From Leucoraja erinacea (Eukaryota), in assembly GCF_028641065.1 (NCBI RefSeq), contig NC_073381.1, positions 92,938,001 through 93,002,000 of the forward strand: a DNA stretch of 64,000 nucleotides, given 5' to 3'. Positions 22,990-35,160 of the stretch are shown piece by piece; within the stretch, counting starts at the first letter, position 1; every line of letters begins with the position of its first letter. Below the pieces are notes generated by a model, which saw nothing but the letters and a program-made list of their open reading frames with translations, was not told the DNA's origin and made no database searches. The translations under genes were made by a program, and so were the position numbers.

Positions 22990-25290
22990 TTATATGTCTT
23001 CATTCAAGAAGGGCTGCAAACAAAATCATGGAACTACAGACTAGTAAGCTTGGTGTTGGTAGGAACGTTACTGCAGAGGATTCTAAGGGATAAGCTTTAC
23101 GTACATTTGGACAGACGGGTTGATTTAGGATAGTCAACATGGTTTTGCGTATGGGAGATCATATGAATTTTATTGAGGTAACCAAGACATTGATTAGAGC
23201 AAGACTGTAACCGTATATGGACTTCACAAACATTTGCATAGGAGGTTAGATTGCACGGGATCCAGCGAGAACGATCTAATTGGACATATGTTCAAAAGTT
23301 CTAGTAGAAATAGGCCATTTGGCCCATCAAGCCTACTCTGCCATTCAATTATAGGTAATCTATCTTTCTCTCTCAACCTGATTCTCCTGCCTTCCCCCAT
23401 AACAACTGACACCCGTACTAATCAAGAATCTGTCAATCTCTGCCTTTAAAATATCCTTCACAGCCGCCTGTGGCAATGAATTCCATAGATTCACCACCCT
23501 CTGACTAAAGAAATTCCTCCTAATTTCCTTTCCAAAGGAACGTCCTTTTATTCTGAGGTTATGGCCACTGGTCCTTGACTCTCCCATTAGTGGAAACATC
23601 CTCTCCACATCCACGCCTTTCTCTATTCAGTAAGTTCCAACGAGGTCTCCCCTCATCCTTCTAAACTCCAGCGAGTACAGGCCCAGTGTCGTCAAACGCT
23701 CATCATACGTTACCCACTCATTCCTGGGATCATACTTCTAAACTTCCTCTGGACCCTCTCCAACTCCTGCACATCCTTCCTCAGATACAGGGCCCAAAAC
23801 CGATCACAATGCTTCTAATGTGATCTGACCAGTGCCTTATAAAGCTTCAGCAGTACATCCCTGTTTTTACATAATTGGCTTGAAGCAAGCAGAGGGTGGT
23901 AGGGGAAGAACATCTGGAGACTGCAAGCCTGTGACTATTGCTATACCTCAAGGATCAGTGCTGGGTCCAGTGGTGTTTGCCAAGTATATTAACGAGTTGG
24001 ATAGGAAGGTACAAGGCATGGTTTATAAGTTTGTAGATGGCACTAAAATAGGTGATATTGTAGATAGTGAAGGTTATCAAGATTTACAGTGGAATCTTGG
24101 TCAGCTGGTCAAGTAGGCCTAGAAATATCAAATGCAGTATAATCCAGTTAGGATGAGGTATTGAATTTTGGGAAGTCAAACCAGTGTAGGAACTTTACAG
24201 TAAATGGCAAGACCCTGGGGGATGTTGTAGAATAGAGGGAACCAGGAGTACAAGCACATAGTTCCCTAAAAATGGTGTCACAGGCAGATAGGGTGGTGTA
24301 GGTGACTTTTGGATCACTGGTTTACATCAATCAGTGCAGTGAGTACAGACGTTGGGTCATTATGTGGCAGTTGTACAAGACATTGACGAGGACACACTTG
24401 GAGTATTGTGTGTCAGTTTTGGTCATCATGCTATTAAGCTGAAAAGAGTTCAGAAAATATTTACAGGGATGTTGCCAGGACTTGCGTGCCTGAGCTATTG
24501 GGAGAAGTTGGGCAGGTTAGGACTTTATTTCTTGCAGCATAGAAGAATGAGGGGTGATTTTTCCAAGCTACAATAAAATCATGAGGGCAATAGACAAGGT
24601 GAATGTACCAAATCTTTTTCCCACGACTGGGGAAATCAAGAACTAGAGGGCATTGTTTTAAAGTGCATGGAGAAATACTTAATAGGAACCTGAGAGCAAC
24701 TTTTTTTTTCATAGAAAAGGTGGTGGGTGTATGGAATGAGCTGGCAGAGGAAGTAGTTGAGATAGAAGAGTTAGAGCCATACAGCATGGAAATGGCCCAT
24801 TTGGTCCAACTTGTCCATGCCGATCAAGATCCTCATACACTAGTCCCACCTACCTGCTTTTGGCCCAAACCTTTCCGAGCCGCGTACCTGTCCAAATGTA
24901 TTTTAAATGTCATTATAGTATCTGCCTCAACTACCTACTCTGGCAGCTCTTTCCATACACCCACCACCTTTCATTTCTCTGCACATCTCATATGTGTATG
25001 TGACAAATAAACTTGACTTGACATGTGCAAAAAAAAAATGCCCTCAGGTTATTGTAAAAATGTTCCCCTCCCACTTTAAAACAATGTCCTCTGATTCTTG
25101 ATTCCCCTACTCTGGGTAAGATTTTGTGCATTCACCCTATCTATTCCCCTCAATTATTACATACACCTCTAAAATATCACTCTTCAGCCTCCTGCGCGTC
25201 AAGGAATAAAGTCATAGCCTGCCCAACCTCTCCCTATAGCTCAGGCCCTCAGGTACTAGTCATGTCCTCGTAAATATTCTCTGCACTCTT
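22990..25290. mobile_element. Cluster of old, nested CR1 fragments in both orientations
   Basis: Degenerate PQGSVLGP, KFVD.TK, TRGH and RVV..WN motifs; a younger minus-strand copy at about 23290-23860. Confidence 0.75.
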
Positions 25291-25528
25291 TAAAATAGTA
25301 TATTAACATTGAAAAGACATTTGACATGGGTCAAATGCAGTAAAAGGATGAGTTGAGCTGAAGGGCCTATTTCCCTGTTGTATGACTGTGACTATAACAG
25401 GGGGCACTCGGGCAGAACCAGCCACAGGGAGGGAGTGTGTCACAACCCAATGTCCGCCAGGGCTCAGGCGTTGTTTGACAGGATAGGGCAAGGATGTGAA
25501 GACAGACGGTGGATTCTGCCAAGTATCA

Positions 25529-25534
25529 TTTATT
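25529..25534 (-). terminator. SRP9: Probable SRP9 polyadenylation signal AATAAA
   Basis: First AATAAA I found on minus after the stop codon, about 360 nt downstream. Confidence 0.55.
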
Positions 25535-25895
25535 TCCATATCCGATTTCTGTACAAGGTTTCTGGCAGTCTCCCCACAGGAAGAAAACCTGCAGAATATT
25601 CAAGGAGAAGGAGTGACTGTGGATGTAGACATGTCGCCACTGGGAAGTTCGGGGTCACGTCATCTCGGGCCAATCAGCGGAGACACTGTCATCCAGCAGC
25701 CCAGCAGCAGGAGAGGCATTCCCTGTCCCGGGAAATGCAGCCTCCTCCCTCATGGAGCCGCCCACCGACTCAGTCCCCCGAAGCTCCTTCGCCTCTCAGC
25801 CCACACTCCACAACCACCTCTCTCCAAGACACAGCACATACGGAAAGTCTTTCCTGCTCCTTCCAACCAAGGGACCCAGCAGCGTACCCTTGGCT

Positions 25896-26015
25896 TTACT
25901 CCATTTCCATCAGATTGCTCCGGCATTCCCGGGAAACCATCAGGCGCATCAACTGGTTCTGGAACTTCTCAAATTTCTTGACATCTTGAGCTTGATCTGT
26001 CTTGTACTGTAGGCA
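25896..26015 (-). CDS. SRP9: Signal recognition particle 9 kDa protein, exon 3 ([39 protein letters not shown])
   Basis: [20 protein letters not shown] signature; ccag acceptor; TAA at 25896-25898. Confidence 0.96.
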   Translation of the reverse strand, partial: CLQYKTDQAQDVKKFEKFQNQLMRLMVSRECRSNLMEME

Positions 26016-26651
26016 CTGGAGGTGGGAAAAAGAGTTATCATGAAACTCAACTCCCTCACTAGTCCTGCACAGCCCACCTACTCTCTGAGGTGCACCATCC
26101 AAGTCCCTATTCCACCTCACCCGTGCCAGAGTTTTCTACGTCAACCCTGCCCCCCAGGGTAAGCAATCTCCCCTAAACCCCCAATTAATTTATCAGGTGC
26201 TCTTCCTACCGAGGATCCAGCATTCATATCAATTACCAACAAAATTATTCTCGCCGCCTCTTCACTTGCCTCGAGACACATCGTCAGCTCTTGTCAGATA
26301 CAGCTGTAGAGCCACCCGACTGATTTCTCCCCACCCACCCACCCATGCTCCTGCACTGCAGAAACTGGTGGGAGATCAACCTTGTCTGTGCCACACTGGA
26401 GAGTGATTGTAATAATATAGCATTGTTTAGCATGTCCACACACATGTAAGATTTTGTCTGTTAGTATTGTTTAGTGTGGTATTCGCATTAATTGTAAAAC
26501 TCTCATTACTGAAAAGAGCAGTATATTGTACAAGTGGGAGAGAAGGATAGCAGTCCGCTGCACTGCCACCTCTTCCCAAACTGTGGTCACCGAGCCCAAT
26601 CGGAATCCCTGTCCGCAGGCTCCCAGCTGTCACGGGCCAAGCAAGACTCAC

Positions 26652-26720
26652 CACCACATCGTTGGTCACTTTCATGGACAGAAGGCCTGCACAGTGTCGA
26701 TACTTGATGACCACCCGCAC
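26652..26720 (-). CDS. SRP9: SRP9 exon 2 (VRVVIKYRHCAGLLSMKVTNDVV)
   Basis: RVV.KYRH and KVT.D motifs; cag acceptor, GTG|gtgagt donor; 69 nt, phase 0. Confidence 0.96.
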
Positions 26721-26939
26721 CTGCCGAGAACAAGAACAAACTGTATCAGCTAGCCATGCCCCGGGGAGGGAGGTTTACTGGGAGAGGATCCAGGGGCACT
26801 GCCAACACCAGGGTGAGGTCTTGTCTGTCGGGGGGTGGTGGTGGAAGGGGCAGGATCACTGTCAGAACTTGGGAAAGGAAGAGAAGATGGTGGGATTGGA
26901 GGGTGATGGGAATGGGTTGGCAAATTATAGGGAGGAGGC

Positions 26940-29220
26940 AATGCCGAAGATTTTGTGGCTGGAAGTGATATAGTGGTGAGGGGGGGGATTGATGCAAGGG
27001 GTGGGGTGGTAAGGCTGAGAGACAATGAGGTGGATGAGATGAGGGTGTGGAGATGGGTGTTACAGAGTGGTCAGGGGAGAAGATGATATGGGGAAGCAGT
27101 CTATGAATGGGGAGATTAGCAGGCCCAGGGAAATTGATTTTGAATTGAGGCGTAGACAGACAGTGACGAGGAGGGGAAGTGGGGGACAGCAGGTGGGAAG
27201 AAATGAGGGGTGGGAATGGTGATGAGGTCGGGGTAGTGATGGTGGGAAGCAGATGGGCGAGGGAGAGGGGATGTGAGGAGGAACAGTGATGTGGGTAGAG
27301 ATGAAGTGGGAGAGCTGATGAGGGGCAGTGATGGGGATTATTGGGAAACGGGGAGGGGTGGGGGTGAGTGGTGCGGATGTGTGGGGGGGGGGAGAGAGGG
27401 TGAGTGAGGATGAGGGGGTGGGAGAGCTGATGAGGGGCAGTGATATTGGGGAATGAGGTAGGAGGGGATGGGAGAGGTAATGAGATTGGGGCAGTGATGG
27501 TGGGGAGCGGAAGAGCTGATGAGAGGCAGTGATAGGGAGGGAGGAGATGAGGTGGTGGGAGAGGTGATGAGTAGTGGAAGTGATGGGGAGGTGGTGAGGA
27601 GGGGCAGTGATGTGGGTGGGGGGGGGCAGTGATGGGGATCATAGGGGGGGGAGAGGAAGGGAGTTGGTGGTGGAGAGAGGTGATGAGGGGCAGTGATGGG
27701 GAGGTTGGGGTGGGGGTGGGTTGAGTGAGGGATGGGGAGGGAGGTTGGGTGCGGGTGGGTCTGAGGAAGGAGTGAGGGTGGGGGCGAGGCGGTGGAGAGG
27801 CAGTGATGGTGGGGAACGGATGGGGGAATGAGGGGAGCTGATATGGGGCAGTGATGGGGATGGGAGAGTTGTTGGTGGGGAGGGGGAGGTGGTGATGAAG
27901 GTGGGGACAGAGAGTGGTGAGTCTCTGGAACTCCTCTGCCGCAGAGGGTAGTTGAGGCCAGTTCATTGGCTATATTTAAGAGGGAGTTAGATGTGGCCCT
28001 TGTGGCTAAGAGGATCAGAGGGTATGGAGAGAAGGCAGGTACGGGATACTGAGTTGGATGATCAGCCATGATCATATTGAATGGTGGTGCAGGCTCGAAG
28101 GGCCAAACGGCCTACTCCTGCACCTAATTTCTATGTGGTCTATGAGGGGAAGTGGTGATAAAGAGGGGGAGAGGCAGTCGGTGGGGTGGGTGGGTCAAGT
28201 GAGGGATGGGTCGGTGAGGATGAGGAGGTAGGGAGGGTGGGTCTGGGGAGGGTGGGGTGGGGCGGTGGAGAGACAGTGATGGTGGGGAGCGGATGTGGGA
28301 GTGAGTGAGCTGATGAGGGGCAGTGATGGGGATCATGGGGGGGGGGGCAGGAAGGGAGTTGGTGGTGGGGAGATTGGGTGGGGATGGGTCGAGTGAGGGA
28401 TGGGGAGGGAGGTATGGAAAGTGGGTGGGGGGGTGAGGGAGGGGAGGTTGGGTGGGGGTGGGTCGAGTGAGGGTGAGGGTGGGGCGGTGGAGACAGTGAT
28501 GGTGGGGAGCGGATGTGGGAGTGAGGGGGGCTGATGTGGGGCAATGATGGGGATCATGGAGGGGGGGGGGGAGAGGAAGAGGAAGGGAGTTGGTGGTGTG
28601 GAGGTTGGGTGGGGGTGGGTCGAGTGAGGGATGAGGGGAGGGAGTGAGGGTGGGGTGAGGCGGTGGAGAGGCAGTGATGGTGGGGAGCGGATGTGGGAGT
28701 GAGCTGATGTGGGGCAGTGATGGGGATCATGGGGGGGGGGGGGGGGGGGGGCAGGAAGGGAGTTGGTGGTGAGGGAGGTTGGGTGAGGGAGGTATGGAAA
28801 GTTGGGTGGGGGTGATGGGAGGGGAGGTTGGTGAGGGGAGGCGGGGGAGAGGACAGTGATGGTGGGGAGCGGATATGGGGCAATGATGGGGTGGGTCGAG
28901 TGAGGGATGGGGAGTGAGGGTGGGGCGGGGGGCGAGGCGGTGGAGAGGGCAGTGATGGTGGGGAGCGGATATGGGAGTGAGAGGAGCTGATATGGGGCAG
29001 TGATGGGAATCATGGGGGGGGGGGGGTGGGGAGGAAGGGAGTTGGTGGTGCCAATGGGTTGGGTGGGGGTGGGGTCGCGTGAGGGACGAGGAGGGAGTGA
29101 GGAGGGTGGGGTGGGGCGAGGCGGTGGAGAGGCAGTGATGGTGGGGAGCGGATATGGGAGTGAGAGGAGCTGATATGGGGCAATGTTGGGGATGGGAGAG
29201 TTGGTGGTGATGGGGATTAT
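26940..29220. repeat. G-rich composite minisatellite filling SRP9 intron 1
   Basis: Recurring GGCAGTGATGGTGGGGAGCGGAT, GAGCTGATGAGGGGCAG and GGGATCATGGGGGGG modules; extreme G skew on plus. Confidence 0.85.
27905..28137 (+). mobile_element. CR1/HER1-like 3' end inserted in the G-rich SRP9 intron
   Basis: Near-identical to 12810-13040. Confidence 0.85.
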
Positions 29221-29268
29221 CGGGGAGGGGGGACACAACCACAACCACAACCCGCGGCCCGGCTCTAC

Positions 29269-29340
29269 CTTCATGAGGTCGGTGAGGCAGAGTTTCTCGG
29301 CCGCCCGGACGAACTCCTCCCAGCTGGGGATGTAGGTCAT
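29269..29340 (-). CDS. SRP9: SRP9 exon 1 (MTYIPSWEEFVRAAEKLCLTDLMK)
   Basis: WEEF.RAAEKL motif; gccgccATG Kozak context; AAG|gtagag donor; the three exons give 24+23+39=86 aa. Confidence 0.96.
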
Positions 29341-29369
29341 GGCGGCGCCTGGCTGCGGCCACCGCGTCC

Positions 29370-30141
29370 GCGGCCCAATCACTGCCCGCCGTGCTGCCGC
29401 GCTCAGAAACAGCCAATGGGTGAGAGCGGTCCGGACCGCGTGGCGATCAATCAGGGCCCGCCGCGCTGCCGCCCCCCCCCCGGCAACAGCCAATGGGTGA
29501 GAGCGATACCGGCAACGTGGCGGCCAATCGCGGCCCGCTGATCAATCCGGAGTGAAACAACCAATGGGAACACGAAAGGCGGGAGGCCGGCAACCAATCA
29601 GATCCAGCCGGGCCGGCAAACCAATCAGATCCACCCGGATCGGGGCCAGCAAACCAATCAGAACCAACCAGAGCGGGGCCGGCAACCAATCAGATCCACC
29701 TGGAGCGGGGCCGGCAACCAATCAAATCCACCTGGAGCGGGGACGGCAACCAATCAGATCCACCCGGAGCGGGGCCGGCAACCAATCAGATCCACCTGGA
29801 GCGGGGCCGGCAACCAATCAGATCCACCTGGAGCGGGGCCGGCAACCAATCAGATCCACCCGGAGCGGAGGCCGGCAACCAATCAGATCCACCCGGAGCG
29901 GGATCGGCAACCAATTAGATCCACTCGGTGCGGGGCCGGCAACCAATCAGACCCACCTGAAGCGGAGCCGGCAACCAATCAGGTCCACTCGGTGCGGGGC
30001 CGGCAACCAATCAGATCCACCCGGAGCGGGGCCGGCAACCAATCAGACCCACCTGAAGCGGAGCCGGCAACCAATCAGGTCCACTCGGTGCGGGGCCGGC
30101 AACCAATCAGATCCACCCGGAGCGGGGCCGGCAACCAATCA
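29370..30141. promoter_or_regulatory. SRP9 promoter: 5 proximal CCAAT boxes plus a tandem array of about 18 CCAAT units (32-bp repeat)
   Basis: Unit GGCCGGCAACCAATCAGATCCACCCGGAGCGG; CCAAT at 29654, 29686, 29718 ... 30135; matches the NF-Y consensus RRCCAATCA. Confidence 0.85.
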
Positions 30142-30289
30142 CATCCAGTCAGGTGACCTGTCGGCCTCGCCTGTCCCGCCTAAATCACCTGGCGAGTTGG
30201 GGCGAGTGAGAGACGATTCAATGGGGGGGGCAATCCCCGGGGTCGGGTGGGACCCTGACCATCATAAACGGCCTTGTAGGGATCTCATC

Positions 30290-31398
30290 ATGTCTGGAGT
30301 AGACAACGCAGATGTGCAGCAGCCAGTTTCACTCGAGCTGCCCACCTTCTGTGCATCACTGCCCAAAGTGTGGTTCATACAGGCCGAAGCCCAGTTCCAC
30401 ATCCACCACATAACTACCGACCTCACCAAGTACCTCTGCGTGGTCTGTGCGCTGGACCAGGAAACCACCAGGCGCCTCATCCATTACCTTCGCCAGCCAC
30501 CGGCCGACAACAAGTACGAAGGGATCAAGACGCTCCTCTTGCGCACTTTCTGCCTCAGCCGCCGCGAGAGGGCGGCCAGACTCCTGCACATGGGTGGCCT
30601 AGGCGACCGCAAACCGTCCGTGCTCATGGGCGAAATGCTGGCCCTGATGGATGGACACAAGACCTGCCTCCTTTTCGACCTGCTCTTCCTCGAGCAGATG
30701 CCTATGGACATCCGCCTGCTCCTCGTGGATGATGATTTCACCGACCCCCACCGGCTGGCAGCCCATGCAGACGTGTTGTGGCAGGCCTTACACTTACAGC
30801 AGGGTGGGGCCGCCATCAGTCGGGAGGCGGCTGTGCCTCGGGAAGGAGTGGCAGTGCCGTCGGCCACGTACGGAGCCAGAAAGGACAAGTGGTGCTACTA
30901 CCACCAAAGGTGGGGCTCCGAGGCCCACCGATGCCGACCACCCTGCATGCATCCAGGAAACGCCTCGGCCGGCTGTCAGTAATGGCAACTGCGGCCAGCC
31001 AAAAACATCACCGCCTCTACACCTGGGATCGTCATTCAGGGCGGCGTTCTCGCGTTGACATGGAAGTGGAGGTCAGTATTTTGCCCCCCTTGAGCACCAA
31101 CACTCGTTCCTTAAAGAAATGGCCTCCCCTGACCGCCATCAACAGCAGCAACATCAGAACATTCGGGGTCCGCACGATCCCACTCAACTTCAACTCCTGT
31201 TGCTTCAAGTGGACCTTTACCATCGCCGACGTCTCACAACCGCTGCTGGGCGCTGACTTTCTCCGGGCGCACTCCCTGCTGGTCGACGAGAAAGGACAAC
31301 GTCTCGTTAATTCGGAGACGTTCGAGTCGATCGCCTTGCACCACGCCGAATTGACTGCGCTCCACCTTGGCTCGGTGACCTCCTCCGACAACGAGTAA
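30290..31398 (+). mobile_element. Ty3/Gypsy (CsRN1-like) gag ORF 30290-30982 (230 aa) plus -1-frame protease-like region to 31398; no RT, integrase or LTR seen
   Basis: LP.F....P.VWF.QAEAQF, LGDRKPS.LM.EM, CYYH..WG..A..C..PC (CHCC) motifs; AGGAAAC at the gag end; F.IADV..PLLGADFL; degenerate tRNA-Trp-like PBS near 30246. Confidence 0.85.
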
Positions 31399-33279
31399 GC
31401 CAGGATCTTGGCCGATTTTTCCGGACATTATAACTCCCCAGTTCACACCCTAGAATAAAGATACTGATTGTGTACCCTATCTGTGTCTCTCATAATTTTA
31501 TAAACCTCTATTACGACTCCTTTTAGCCTCTGCCGTGCCAGAGGAAACAATCCAAGTTTGTCCAACTTCTCCTTAGAGATAACACCCCCTAATGCAGCCA
31601 TCTTTCTGATAAATGATAAGCATCCCGGTTGCTCAGCGCTTTGACTCCCCTTCCCATTCCCAAACTGACCTTTCTGTCCTGGGCCCCCTCCATTGTCAGA
31701 GTGACGCTCAGCGCAAATTGGAGAAACAGCACCTCATATTTCGCTTGGATAGTTTTCACCGCAGCGATATGAACATTTTCTCTAGCTTCAAATAGCCCTT
31801 GCTTTCCCTCTCCATCCCTTCCCAGTTCCCCCACCAGTCTTACTGTCTCTGACTACATTCTATCTCTGTCCCGCCCACTCCCGACTCTCAGTCTGAAGAA
31901 GAGTCTCAACCCGAAATATCACCCATTCCTTTTCTCCAGAGATGCTGCCTGTCCCACTGAGTTACTCCAGCATTTTGTGTCTACCTTCATTCTGATAAAT
32001 TTCTTCTGCATGCTCTCCAAAGTCATCATTTCTATAATGGGGTGATCAGAACTGCACACAAAACTCCAAATGCAGCCTTACCAAAACTTAATAAATTTGC
32101 ATCATGACTTCCAGACTCTTACACTCAGTCCCCAACTGATGAAGGCATGTCTTCTTTACTACTATATCTACTTGTGTTGCCACTTTCAGGGAGCTGTGGA
32201 CGTAATCCTATGGATCAGCCAGCCATGAGGGATCTTGTCAAATCCTTTTGCAATATCCTTGAATCTCTGCGCTCTCTCTTTTGCTACCATGTCCTTCCTG
32301 TAGTCCTGTGGTATAGCGGTGACACTACAGGAAGGACGTGTGTTCCAACCGGGGTGGAAGATTGCAACCTTCACATGGTCCGCCCTGTTTCGACAAATGC
32401 AATCAAACCGACGTGCACAATCCTATTCTGTTCGGTGTGCTGAAGCAAAGCAAGAATTTCATTGTCCTATCAGGGACACATGACAATAAACTCACATGAC
32501 TTGACTTGAGATCAAATAGAACAAGTTGTCCTACAACTTTAGGCTGTGCACGTTATACTCAAGATGAAGAAGAAGTGTGTTCCAACCAATATTTTGTACT
32601 GCTGCAACATGACATCTTAGCTCTTATACTTAATGTCTTGGTGTGTGAAGGCAAACCTACTGAATGCGTTCTTCACTAACCCATCAGTGAGCTATGGACA
32701 TGCATCCCAAAGTTTCTCTATACATAATGCTCCTAAACTCCCTGCCAGTAACCCCATATGTCATTTCAGAATTTGAATTCCCAAAGTGCATTACCTAATA
32801 TTTGTCTGGAATATGTTCCACCTGCCACACTCCACCCACTTTTCCAGCTGATCTGTGTCCCATTGTATCCTTGGACAACCTTTCTCATTGTCAGTGACTC
32901 CACCGATTTCCATGTTACCTGCAACTTAATAATCAGACCCTTACATAGAAGATAGACAGAAAATGCTGGAGTAACTCAGTGGGTCAGGCAGCATCTCTGG
33001 AGAAAAGGAATAGGTGATGTTTCGGGTCAAGGTCCTTCCTACCTACACAGACTACCTACATTCCTATTTAAGTTATTTATGTTGTGTAGCTGTGACTGCC
33101 ACAAACAGCAATCTGGTCTGTGCTGGTAATTTCTCTGATTTTGCCTGTCATATCAATAGAAGACTTGGAGGCTGGTGTCTGTGTACAATAGAAATAGATT
33201 GAAGGCAGTTCTTTGCTTATTCTAACAGGTATTAAACTGTTCTCTCGCTCTCTCTGTTTCTCTGATTCTTAACCCCATC

Positions 33280-35160
33280 CTTGCCGACTGGTGGTGCAGT
33301 CTGTGTATGCTTGGTAGGAGCTGTACTGTCTTTGCAGTCCAGAGGTGCAATGTGAATCTTTGCAGAATAGGGAGCAGTGCCCAGCCCTGCCGAGTGAGGA
33401 TGCGGCACTGAGTCCTTGCAGACACACATGAACGGAATCCTTGCTGAGCCCAGGAAAAGTTCAAATGTTTGCAGAAAAAAGCGGCATAGATGGAGTTAAT
33501 CAGATTAGGGACTGCAGTGCTAGTCTTTTGGAGAGAAGAGGTACTGTTAAGTTTGTGCAGATCAGCAGTGCAGTGTGTGTCTTTGCAGAGAGGGACTGCA
33601 ATGCTCTCTTTGCAGAGTGATAGTATTGCTCTTACTGTAGAGGCGCTGTAATACCTGTACTATGCTTGCAGAGCAGAGACAGTAATGTTTTACTTGCAGA
33701 GAGGGACTGTAATACAATCCTTGCAGAACAGTGATACAGTTTTGCCAAAGCTGAGCAGAGATTCATTGTGAGCCTCTGCAGAGCAGTAGACAGTGTGACT
33801 ATGGGGGGCCTTGCTCAAGTGGGTTGCAGGGCTGGATTTCCCAGAGCTTGGATGCAGAGTTAGTCTTGGTAATTTAGGCATAGTTTGAGTCTTTGCTGAG
33901 CAGAGGCTATAAGATGCGGCCGTCAGTGTTATTCCATGCAGAACTGGATTTGAAATTCATGTCTTTGTAGGGCATGCATGTATTTTGATCCTTTACAGAG
34001 CAGGACTGCAGGGTGAATCCTTGCTGAGATATTGTCTTAGTTTTGTTTATAGATACAGCGCGGAAACAGGCCCCCTCAGCCCACCGAGCACGTGCCGACC
34101 AGCAATCCCCGTACACTAGCATTATCATACACACACTAGGGACAATTTACAATCTTTATCAAAACCAATTAACCTACAAACTATACGTCTTTGGGGTGTG
34201 GGAGGAAACCAGAGCACCTGTGGAAAAGGTCACGGGGAGAACGTACAAACTCCGTACAGACAGCACCCGTACTCAGGTTCTAAATCGGATCTCTGGCACT
34301 GTAAGGCAGCAACTCTGAGTCTGAGGCTGCAGTATGGAGACACATTGTCTGCAGAACAGAGATGCATTGCATTGCCGTGGAGCAGGGATGTAGCATGAGT
34401 CCTTGGAATGCAGGGGTATAGTTGATTCTTTGTAAAAGGCGATTGATCCAAGAGTCTGGTAGCAATGGGAAAGAAACTGTTCTATAAGTCAATCTCTTGT
34501 GGGTAGAAGAGGTAACAGAGAGAAAAGGAAATGACCAGGGTGGTAGCATCCTTGACAAGACTTCCAGCCTTCCTGATGCAATGCACTGTGAAGATTGATG
34601 GGATGGACAAGGTGACAAGTCTGTGGTGGGCTGAGCTGTGTTCACCACTCCCTGCTGGTTTAGGTGATCTGGAGCAGAGCAGTTGCCACACCAGGCTGAG
34701 ATGCATCTTGTCGGAATACCTTCTGTAGAACATCAGTAGATGTTCGAGACATTCTTCATGGAGGGTGAGAAATGTAGCAAGCGACTCATCAGAGCTGGGT
34801 TGCACCCTTATAGAGCAGAGGTGCAGTTTAAGTTCAGAGCAGCATGGCTGTGTGAGCCTTTGCAAGGTTGTTATGCCAATCCAGGGATGTAGTGAGTCAA
34901 TGTGAGGCTTTGCAGAGCCAGAATCCAATGGGTGTCCTTGGAGAACAGACGTAGTGTGTGAGTCATTGCCAAGCCGTGGTGCAGTGTGAGATTTTGCAGT
35001 CTGGGGTGCAGTGTATGTCTTCGTTGAGCAAGGATGCACGATGAGTTTTTGCAAAGCAGCACTGCAGTGTGAGTCTTTGCAGATCACAGGTGCAAGGCTG
35101 CGGTGCTGTGCAAATATTTTTAAAGAAAGGGGCTGCAGTGTGAGCTCTTGTAGAGCCAGG
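33280..35160. repeat. Ancient degenerate minisatellite (about 27-28 bp, GCAGTGTGAGTCTTTGCAGAGCAGGG-like); resumes at about 40530-40890
   Basis: Recurring TGCAGTG..TCTTTGCAGA cores interrupted by SINE and LINE pieces. Confidence 0.65.

Noticed and set aside
26746-29493. Long Pro/His-rich ORFs (up to 406 aa)
   Set aside because: Translations of the C-rich strand of the intronic minisatellite; only the 24-codon SRP9 exon is real
29584-30141. Regular repeats resembling a CRISPR array (also 42980-43653)
   Set aside because: Head-to-tail units without unique spacers, eukaryotic intron-containing context and no cas genes
29552-30982. 476-aa ORF fusing a repeat domain to gag
   Set aside because: The N-terminal half is the translated 32-bp CCAAT array, starting at GTG and cycling through frames; only the part from ATG 30290 is protein-like
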